From a virus (taxonomy: Duplodnaviria > Caudoviricetes), in the IMG/VR virus record IMGVR_UViG_3300033067_001429, positions 1-29,865 of that record: a DNA stretch of 29,865 nt, one strand, 5' to 3'. The notes beneath the pieces were generated by a model. It was not told the DNA's origin and did no database searches. It saw only the letters and a program-made list of their open reading frames with translations. How positions within the stretch are numbered: position 1 is the stretch's first letter; every line of letters starts with the position of its first letter. A program made the translations under genes and the position numbers. Of this stretch, positions 8,266 to 15,655 are shown piece after piece.

Positions 8266-11200
8266 ATGATCACGAAGAATACCTCCAATGCCGTCAGTAT
8301 GGATAGTAGACGGTTTTTGGGTGCTCTCAATGATTCCGCCCAGTCTCGCGTTGCCTTCTTTGAAGAGCGTGTCCAGCAGATGGGTCTGCAGGCGGGCAAG
8401 ACTTGGCGATTAGCCGCTCTGCATGCCAAACAGCTTTTTATCGAAGATGTGAACACTCACAACTATCTGATTGCTGAGCATGCTCGTGAAAGTCACGGGA
8501 AGGTGACCATCACCAATATTCGCCCCATCGAGATCGTCGAGGGCGAAAAGCAGAGTCTGTTTAGCGAGTCTTGTACACGGCTCGTATCGGCTCTGGCTGC
8601 CAATAACCAACGCGAAATGAGCGTGGCCTTCGACAAAATGAAGGCTCACCGCTTCTCTGGTCGGGCCATTCCGGCATCGGGAGTGGTTCGCTGCAAGGAC
8701 AATGTCACCAGAAACATCAGTATCACATCGCCCACCATGGTCGGCGAGGACGTACGTGATCAGCTGGTGGCTGTCATTGTCGAATCTCTGCGGGACAAAG
8801 TCATTGTCGAAAACGGCAGCGTCGTCGCCGGATATTTCGATGACGGCGAAAAGTTCAGGCTGCCGGTGACCAAGTGGGGTGGCCGCAAACTCATCGCTCG
8901 CCGCATGCGAGACGCGGCCTCCAATGCCTACTGGTCGGAAGGTTTCCAGGCTCGCATTACGGAAGTGGCGAGACTTATCTCCGAGAACAAGATCGAAGAA
9001 GCCGTCAGCATGATTTCTCCATTTCTGGATGAAATGGAAGAATTCACGATGCTTACGAGCGGACAGGTCAAGACGCTCGTCGAGAACACTCTCGCGACCC
9101 AGGGCGTGTTCAATCAGCAACTCTGTGACGACACGGCTACGCTGTTCCATCGCACCAATATGCGGGTGAACAAGGCCAAAATCGTCAAGGAATGGCACAA
9201 CATCGCCAAGGCTGCTGAGCATCCAGTGCTGTCTGAGAACGTGCACCGGTTGGCTGAATCCAAGAACTTCGACGCGGCGATGGATAAGTTCCTGAGCCTC
9301 ATTTTCGAAGCTATCAGCAATCGGGAAGTGGCGGCTGGAGCACTGGCTACCACTCTTGAATCGCTGCGGGATAAGACTCCCAAGATTCGTGAATCGCACG
9401 ACTTGTCCGGCAAGCTGAACGGCCTCATCAGTCGTTTGCAGCAGCAGGACTTCGATGACGCTGCCATCTACGAAGCTGAAGACCTCATCGCCACCATTCA
9501 GGAAGAACTGTCGGCTACCGACACTCTGGGCAATTTTGATCAGATGCCCGGTACTGATTCTGGCATGGGTGCTGGTGCGGGTGGCGTGGCCGATAGCGGC
9601 TTGGATGTCGAACCTAGCGAAGGTAGCGGTGCCCCAGTCATCAACATCAATTCGCCGCTCATCCAAATCGGTGGTTCCAGCTCCGCTGCTGAAGAAGGTG
9701 CGGACGACCTCGGTGGGTTGGACGACGATCTCGGTGGAATCGGCGAAGACGATCCTATGGGTGGTGAGGGCGAAGAGGACCTTGACGCCCTCCTGGGTGG
9801 TGGGGCCGCTGCTGCTCCTCCCGCTGCTCCTCCCGCTCCCGCCCAGCAAGCTGGCCAACAGCCTTTGATGCAAGGTAAGGAACGCAAGGGGAAACCTTTG
9901 GCCGAGTCTCGTCCGAATCACTTCGAAATGAAGACCGAAGATGATGACGACATGCCTGATGATGATTGTGAATTGGAAGAAAGCAGCGATCCATACGCAT
10001 TCCGTCGGGTCGGTAAGGTGGCTGCCGAAAGCCTGCGGGCCTTCGACTATGGTGCTCCTGTCCTGACCGACGAGGGTGACATTTATCGGGTCGTCCAGAT
10101 CATGCATCGTCTGGCTACCGAGCACAAGCTCAAGGGGAAGGGTCTGGCTCTGAACCTCGAGAGTATGGCTAAGGCCGGTATCAATGCTCTGGGTCTGCGA
10201 ATTCCAGCCGGAAAAATGCCCAAGGCTCTGGAGCAGGTTATCACCAGCTTCCACGAGTCAAAGCTGCCGTTCCCCGGAGCGGCTGCTCCGTTTGGGAAGA
10301 AAGGCAAGCAAGACGACGAATCCGAAGATTCCGAAGATTGCGATGACGATTGCGACGAGGGCGTCGCCGAAGATCAGCATCGCGGTCCGTGGATGAAGCG
10401 TCGCGGTTTTGCCAAGACGAGCTACAAGAACCAGCAGCACGAAGGCCGTGCGAGAGTCCAACAGGCCATCAATGAGGGCATTCAGTGGGCTGCACGCGGC
10501 CAGGATGATGCTATTCTCGGTGAGATGGCTGGTGTGCGATTCATCTTCGACCACGGAACTTCTGAAGACGTCGAACCGATTATCTTGTCTGAAGACGGTC
10601 AAGTAGAAATTCCGATCCCGGAAGACATTCGCGAATCGGCCTACGCTTCGGCGAATATGGTCGAAGGGGATGATCGGGAATTCGTCACGTGGTTGGCCGA
10701 ATCCATCGAGCAACTCCGCCCCATCGGTGACGGTGAAGACCAGGCGTTGTCGGAAGCCATTGCCAAGATCACCACTGGTCCAGACGGGTCGTTGAGTGTG
10801 GAAGTCACGCCTGACGTCGCGGTTGGCGAAGTGGAAGAGGGTGGCATGGGTGAAGAGGATGGCATGCCTGGGATGGGCGATGAAGAGATGGGCGACGAGA
10901 TGGGCATGGGTGACGAGGAAATGGGGGATGAGGTTCCGGAAGACGGAATGGCCCCAGTTGACTCCATTGAAACTGGTGGTGAAGAAGGTCCTCCAGAGAT
11001 GGGTGGCGATAGCGAAGCCATGCCGGACTTTGAAGGACCGGACGGCGGCGAAGGGCCTGTCGGTGGCGGCGAAGAGCCAGATAGTGGCTCGGTAGCCGAT
11101 CTGGCTGGTGCCGCTACTCGCCAGATGGCTCCTCCAGCACGCGGTGGCGGACACGAAGACGAACATGGAATGTTCGAAGATGAAGATGTGACCGTCCCAA

Positions 11201-11367
11201 CCAGTGCCAAGTATACTAAGCACGTCAAGGACGATCGTCGTGAAATTCCAGCTTCAAAAATGCCTGGAAAAGCTGGTAACAAGCTGGCGGACATCGGTCC
11301 GGAATTAAAGGTGGACGATGGGTCTGGGACTAACCCGCCCACCGCCAAGAAGGGGAGCGACCAGTAA
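8266..11367 (+). CDS. Large acidic putative prohead core / internal scaffold protein
   Basis: It sits between portal and protease, where T4 has gp67/gp68. AGGAG SD. Acidic low-complexity tracts and many [LIV]xE motifs resembling gp21 cleavage sites. Confidence 0.6.
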   Translation: MITKNTSNAVSMDSRRFLGALNDSAQSRVAFFEERVQQMGLQAGKTWRLAALHAKQLFIEDVNTHNYLIAEHARESHGKVTITNIRPIEIVEGEKQSLFSESCTRLVSALAANNQREMSVAFDKMKAHRFSGRAIPASGVVRCKDNVTRNISITSPTMVGEDVRDQLVAVIVESLRDKVIVENGSVVAGYFDDGEKFRLPVTKWGGRKLIARRMRDAASNAYWSEGFQARITEVARLISENKIEEAVSMISPFLDEMEEFTMLTSGQVKTLVENTLATQGVFNQQLCDDTATLFHRTNMRVNKAKIVKEWHNIAKAAEHPVLSENVHRLAESKNFDAAMDKFLSLIFEAISNREVAAGALATTLESLRDKTPKIRESHDLSGKLNGLISRLQQQDFDDAAIYEAEDLIATIQEELSATDTLGNFDQMPGTDSGMGAGAGGVADSGLDVEPSEGSGAPVININSPLIQIGGSSSAAEEGADDLGGLDDDLGGIGEDDPMGGEGEEDLDALLGGGAAAAPPAAPPAPAQQAGQQPLMQGKERKGKPLAESRPNHFEMKTEDDDDMPDDDCELEESSDPYAFRRVGKVAAESLRAFDYGAPVLTDEGDIYRVVQIMHRLATEHKLKGKGLALNLESMAKAGINALGLRIPAGKMPKALEQVITSFHESKLPFPGAAAPFGKKGKQDDESEDSEDCDDDCDEGVAEDQHRGPWMKRRGFAKTSYKNQQHEGRARVQQAINEGIQWAARGQDDAILGEMAGVRFIFDHGTSEDVEPIILSEDGQVEIPIPEDIRESAYASANMVEGDDREFVTWLAESIEQLRPIGDGEDQALSEAIAKITTGPDGSLSVEVTPDVAVGEVEEGGMGEEDGMPGMGDEEMGDEMGMGDEEMGDEVPEDGMAPVDSIETGGEEGPPEMGGDSEAMPDFEGPDGGEGPVGGGEEPDSGSVADLAGAATRQMAPPARGGGHEDEHGMFEDEDVTVPTSAKYTKHVKDDRREIPASKMPGKAGNKLADIGPELKVDDGSGTNPPTAKKGSDQ
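10856..10932 (+). repeat. Imperfect coding tandem repeat (MGDEE/MGDE units) in the core protein
   Basis: atgggcgatgaagag / atgggcgacgag / atgggtgacgaggaa / atgggggatgag. Confidence 0.7.
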
Positions 11368-11369
11368 TC

Positions 11370-12197
11370 ATGAGACAACCAGGTATCATCAGCCGCCGAA
11401 CTCCAACGACTCGCGTTGACATGGGCGACAGATTCGTCCAGATCAACAGAGCCATGATCGCCGAAACCGGTGTTATCCCAGCCGGTTTGCGGATGATCAG
11501 CGATACCTTCCCATTCCAGGTGATGGATAAGAAGGATGTGATGAGAGAAGACGCATATGGGCGTGAAATGCCCGTGATGCGTGTAACTGGTCTCATCCAG
11601 AATGGCGACAAAGAGAACGCCAATGGTCGGTACTACTCGACATCAGAAGTTCTGACGCCAGCCGTTCGCCAAATCCAAGAAGACATCGCCAACCGGGCTG
11701 TGCCAGGCGAATTTGACCATCCAGTGGACGCCAAGATCCATTTGGACCGTGTCAGCCATCTTATGACGAAAGTCTGGATGGAAGGGAAGAAGGTGTACGG
11801 CGAGGCTGAGGTCTTGCACAAGGTTCCGTGTGGTGCTGCTCTGCGTGGCCTTTTCGAACACAAGATGCGTGTGGGTATTTCCTCACGCGGTGTGGGCGAC
11901 ATGCAGGTTTCGGAACGTGATGGTCATGAAGTCTACCGGGTTATGCCTGGATATGCTTTCGTGACGTGGGATGCGGTAGCTGAGCCGAGCGTGTCGGGAG
12001 CCATTCTGAATATTCAGGAGGGGCTGACCAAGCGTTTGCGACCGATCAAGGAAAGCCGGAATAAGTTCTCTCCGGAAGTATACGATAGTATGCTGGTGGA
12101 AGAGATCCAGAAATATTTCGGCCTCGATAAGAAGCGGATCAACTTTCCGGTGACTCAAACCAGATCTGTGAACAAGCTTCGAACTCGACGGTCGTAA
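11370..12197 (+). CDS. gp21: Prohead core protease (T4 gp21-like)
   Basis: NANGRYY, GEFDHP, DRVSH, GISSRGVG (catalytic Ser region) and TWDAVAEPS. Confidence 0.95.
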   Translation: MRQPGIISRRTPTTRVDMGDRFVQINRAMIAETGVIPAGLRMISDTFPFQVMDKKDVMREDAYGREMPVMRVTGLIQNGDKENANGRYYSTSEVLTPAVRQIQEDIANRAVPGEFDHPVDAKIHLDRVSHLMTKVWMEGKKVYGEAEVLHKVPCGAALRGLFEHKMRVGISSRGVGDMQVSERDGHEVYRVMPGYAFVTWDAVAEPSVSGAILNIQEGLTKRLRPIKESRNKFSPEVYDSMLVEEIQKYFGLDKKRINFPVTQTRSVNKLRTRRS

Positions 12198-12200
12198 TTT

Positions 12201-12596
12201 CTATAAATCGGTCATAAGTTGGATATTGATTGCTCCTATATCCCACCCATAAAATATTAGGGTGTTTACGTCTATTATTCGGTGTTCGTGCTCTAATTCG
12301 AACCCATTTAACTCTTTGAATAGATTATTTGGGAATTCTGGATCACAAATTTCATATATCTTAATCATTACCCCACATATATTATAGATAACTTCATCTT
12401 CTTTTATGACTATGCTATATTCTACATATCTTGTTTTTAGATCGCGTCGTTCAGTTTCTCTAGTCCATGCTATAACATATGGTATCTTATTAAGATTGCT
12501 ATCTATGATGATGTTATTAAGGTTGCTATTTATGATGATGTTTGGAAATAGCTGTTGTACGTGCGATAATATGACTTCGCTGAGTTCTTTCAACAT
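12201..12596 (-). CDS. DP-motif family protein
   Basis: IYEICDPEFPNNLFKEL. AT-rich and antisense within the head operon. Confidence 0.75.
   Translation of the reverse strand: MLKELSEVILSHVQQLFPNIIINSNLNNIIIDSNLNKIPYVIAWTRETERRDLKTRYVEYSIVIKEDEVIYNICGVMIKIYEICDPEFPNNLFKELNGFELEHEHRIIDVNTLIFYGWDIGAINIQLMTDL
12487..12540. repeat. 27-bp tandem duplication (2 copies, 25/27 identical)
   Basis: ttattaagattgctatctatgatgatg followed by ttattaaggttgctatttatgatgatg, encoding NIIINSNLN/NIIIDSNLN on the - strand. Confidence 0.85.
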
Positions 12597-12892
12597 TTGT
12601 TGATATCCAAAAATGCCATGTTGTCTCTGCGGATGTCATCGCACATGTTGTCTGGGAATTCGGGATCGTTTATTTCATACTCTATTGTATGCTGATTTGT
12701 TGTATATTTAACAATCGTGCTACGAACGACTATTTGTTTCGGATCACATGGTATCCATGGATGTTCGGCGGTACGTCCCCATCGTATGACTATCATAATA
12801 ACAAATTTATGTGAATCGTATAAATCTGTCCATGAACATATCCCTAGAGCGTTTAATTCCTGTACTACAAGTTCTTTAATCATTTCCATCAT
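12590..12892 (-). CDS. DP-motif family protein
   Basis: MIKELVVQELNALG N-terminal helix and IEYEINDPEFPDNMCDDI. Confidence 0.75.
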   Translation of the reverse strand: MMEMIKELVVQELNALGICSWTDLYDSHKFVIMIVIRWGRTAEHPWIPCDPKQIVVRSTIVKYTTNQHTIEYEINDPEFPDNMCDDIRRDNMAFLDINKC

Positions 12893-13006
12893 GTTATGTA
12901 AGTAAACACATTAGTGGTTGTGCAAAGATATTGGTATACCAACCATAATAAAGACTTTCAATTCCAGTCAAAAATATTTCGAAATAGTCACCGGAGAGTA
13001 GATTTC

Positions 13007-13741
13007 ATGGACAAGCTCAAGGCGTTACTGGAAAAGACCGGCTGTAAGCCGGAATTAGCCGAAGCAGTAATCCAGACCTTGGATGAATACAAGACTACTC
13101 TTCGTGAGCAGTTCGAAGCCGAATACACCACGAAGGTGGAACAGGCTAAGAAGATCTGCCTGGAAGAAACTGAAAGTCATAAACGCGAACTCTCTCGTCG
13201 TTTGCAGATTTTCTGCGAGACGAAGGCGGTCGCGATTGATGCTCACCTGATGAAGCAATCGGCCATCAAAGAGACTGCGGCCCAAGCCAAGCTCCGCGAA
13301 CTTCGCGCCACCCTTGAAGGTGTAGAGCTGAATGGCGGGCAGAACGGTCAAACAATTGTGGCTGTGGAGAAGGCCAAGCGGCAAATCCAGCAACTGGCCG
13401 AAGATAAGAATCGAGCGATCGAAGTTGCTAATCGGCAAACTGCCATCGCTGAACGAGTGCTGAAGCAGAACCGTGCACTGACCACCGAAAACGCTCGCCT
13501 CAAGGCGAGTCGGTCAGCGCCCAGCCAACGCCCAGTATCCGAGAATCGGAACCGTTCTAACAGTTCCGCTCGCATCGACGGCCAACGCCGAAACGGCTCT
13601 CCCACCACCACTCGCCCCACGATTGTGGAAAACCAAGACCGACGGGCACCAGTTGGTCGCCAGAATCCGCCGACTTCTACCCCCAAGCGGGTCTACGGAG
13701 TCGAAGATGTCGCTAACTCAATGGACGAAGATCTCGTATAA
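13007..13741 (+). CDS. gp22: Prohead scaffolding protein (T4 gp22-like)
   Basis: Coiled-coil, charged protein directly upstream of the MCP. The start is moved to ATG 13007 because of the GGAG SD at 12993-12996. Confidence 0.75.
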   Translation: MDKLKALLEKTGCKPELAEAVIQTLDEYKTTLREQFEAEYTTKVEQAKKICLEETESHKRELSRRLQIFCETKAVAIDAHLMKQSAIKETAAQAKLRELRATLEGVELNGGQNGQTIVAVEKAKRQIQQLAEDKNRAIEVANRQTAIAERVLKQNRALTTENARLKASRSAPSQRPVSENRNRSNSSARIDGQRRNGSPTTTRPTIVENQDRRAPVGRQNPPTSTPKRVYGVEDVANSMDEDLV

Positions 13742-13807
13742 TTTCGCGATTTACGAATAAGATCGAGTCCTTCTCCCACACAACACACGCCTACGGAGTA
13801 TACTTTT

Positions 13808-15442
13808 ATGTTGCCCAGTCGCAACTCGTCCCGTTTCTCGACCCCCACGCAAGCCGCTCAGCGTGCCCAGCGCCGCCACCTCACCGAAAGTGCGAATGGC
13901 GTCCGCCGCACGATGACCGAAGAAACCGACCTCCACCGGGCGGCGGTGCTCCACGAGAGCAAGAAGAACCAGACCGTGGCCAAATGGTCCCCGGTGCTCA
14001 GCAAGTGCCGCGAAATCGCCCCCAGCAAGTTCGGCATGATGGCTGCCGTGCTGGAAAACCAGTACAAAGCGTGGTCCCCCGAAAACCGCTCCATGCTGTT
14101 TGAGGACCAGACCACCACCGCCAACATCGCGGACTTCACCCGCTTCGCCCTCCCCCTCATCCGCAAGAGCTACTCCAAGCTCATCGGCGACAACCTCGTC
14201 GGCGTCCAGCCGATGAGCCAGCCCGCCAGCCTCATCTTCTACATCCGCTACCGCTACGCCCTCTCCAAGGGTCAGACGGTAGCTGGAACGCAGATTATGC
14301 GGCAGAACACCAGCCAGGGCTACGCCCGTCAAAACGGCTGGGCCTTGGACCCCTACTACTCGTCCCAAGAAGTGCGTGGCGAAAGTGCGACGGTCAGCGG
14401 CGGTAACACCATCTCCGCCACCCTCGCCCACCGCCCCGTCCTCGCTGGGACGGTAGTCGTCGAAGCCTTCGCCACCGAAGACGATGCCAGCCCCAACTGC
14501 GACGACGCTGTCCCCTGCCTCCGCGTCAGCTTCGACTCCGACGGTGCTCCAGACGTCGTCCTCATCGGCGACTGCACCGAGTTCACCGACACCATCGCCG
14601 TCGACACCGTAACGGCTGGGGCCACCGCCTTCAACCACTCCACCGGTGCCGTCCAGATCAAGTTGTCCGCTGGCTCGTTCCCCACCGGAGCAATCGCCCG
14701 CGTCAACTACGAATACGATCTGGAATCCAACCCCTTCCAGCCCGAAGTCACCCTCTCAATCGACAGTGACTCTGTCGCCGCCATCACCCGCAAGCTCAAG
14801 ACTAGCTGGAGCTTGGAAGCCGCCCAGGACCTGAAGGCCGTTCACAACATCGATGCCGAAACCACCCTCACCGACCTCATGGCCGATGAAATGGTTGCGG
14901 AAATCGACCGTGAAATCATCAACGACCTCATCATCGCCGCCGCCATCCGTGCCGACCACAACTTCGCCACGGCTGCCGGAGCCTCGGTCAACTTCACCGA
15001 CCGTAACATCGCGCTGATGTACAAGACCCTCGAAGTCGCGAACATCATCCACCGGGTCACCCTCCGTGGTCCCGCCAACTGGATGGTCATGTCCGCCGAC
15101 ATCGCCTCCAAGTACGAGCAACTGAACGACTTCCGAGCTTCGGATGCCTTCACCACCGAAGGGGTGGACATCGGCATCATGAACATCGGAACCATCCAGG
15201 GCAAGATGAAGATCTACAAAGATCCCCTCTTCCCCAACTGCAAAATCCTCATGGGCTTCAAGGGGAACTCAGTACTGGATGCCGGATACTTCTACGCTCC
15301 ATATATCCCACTCCTCAGCACCCCAACCGTCATCGACCCCAACTCGTTCACACCGAACAAGGGCGTCATGTGCCGGTACGGAAAGAAACTTATCGAGGAT
15401 GGCGGGCTGTACTACGGAGTTATTACGGTGTCGAACCTGTAA
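13808..15442 (+). CDS. gp23: Major capsid protein (T4 gp23-like)
   Basis: VGVQPM..P..LIFYIRYRY, RKLKTSWSLEAAQDLKAVHNIDAE, EIDREII, YAPYIPL and RYG motifs. Strong C-ending codon bias. GGAG SD. Confidence 0.97.
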   Translation: MLPSRNSSRFSTPTQAAQRAQRRHLTESANGVRRTMTEETDLHRAAVLHESKKNQTVAKWSPVLSKCREIAPSKFGMMAAVLENQYKAWSPENRSMLFEDQTTTANIADFTRFALPLIRKSYSKLIGDNLVGVQPMSQPASLIFYIRYRYALSKGQTVAGTQIMRQNTSQGYARQNGWALDPYYSSQEVRGESATVSGGNTISATLAHRPVLAGTVVVEAFATEDDASPNCDDAVPCLRVSFDSDGAPDVVLIGDCTEFTDTIAVDTVTAGATAFNHSTGAVQIKLSAGSFPTGAIARVNYEYDLESNPFQPEVTLSIDSDSVAAITRKLKTSWSLEAAQDLKAVHNIDAETTLTDLMADEMVAEIDREIINDLIIAAAIRADHNFATAAGASVNFTDRNIALMYKTLEVANIIHRVTLRGPANWMVMSADIASKYEQLNDFRASDAFTTEGVDIGIMNIGTIQGKMKIYKDPLFPNCKILMGFKGNSVLDAGYFYAPYIPLLSTPTVIDPNSFTPNKGVMCRYGKKLIEDGGLYYGVITVSNL

Positions 15443-15466
15443 TAGCTTCTTCCCATTGACATGATC

Positions 15467-15498
15467 ACAAGGCCCACGGAAAGTTCCGTGGGCCTTGT
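15467..15498 (+). terminator. Probable intrinsic terminator hairpin after the MCP
   Basis: Perfect 14-bp stem acaaggcccacgga / tccgtgggccttgt with a 4-nt loop, 25 nt after the MCP stop. The U-tract is weak. Confidence 0.7.
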
Positions 15499-15544
15499 TC
15501 GTATGTATATATGGTAAAAAACCAACATAGAACGTTATTTTTCG

Positions 15545-15588
15545 CATGGTTAAAAACTAATATGATGCTGTATTAGTTTTTAACCATG
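15545..15588. repeat. Perfect 18-bp inverted repeat with an 8-nt spacer
   Basis: catggttaaaaactaata (15545-15562) and tattagtttttaaccatg (15571-15588). A degenerate third copy lies at 15511-15528. Confidence 0.85.
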
Positions 15589-15655
15589 TATTTGTTTGCT
15601 TTAAGACATCGCCACACAAACCGGTCGTAAACTGTCTAAACAATATGGAAACAAA

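Noticed and set aside
8410-11378. Long - strand ORFs (614, 321 and 245 aa) opposite the core gene
   Set aside because: These are shadow ORFs caused by GC-rich codon bias of the + strand gene, and they show no recognisable motifs.
12914-13006. N-terminal extension of the scaffold ORF in the ORF track
   Set aside because: It is AT-rich and intergenic-like, and a GGAG SD supports the ATG at 13007.
13751-15204. - strand ORFs (295, 121 and 120 aa) opposite the MCP
   Set aside because: They are antisense shadows of a strongly C-ending-biased gene.
15443-15655. Possible tRNA or structured ncRNA in the largest intergenic gap
   Set aside because: There is no cloverleaf or T-loop consensus. Two simple hairpins explain the region.
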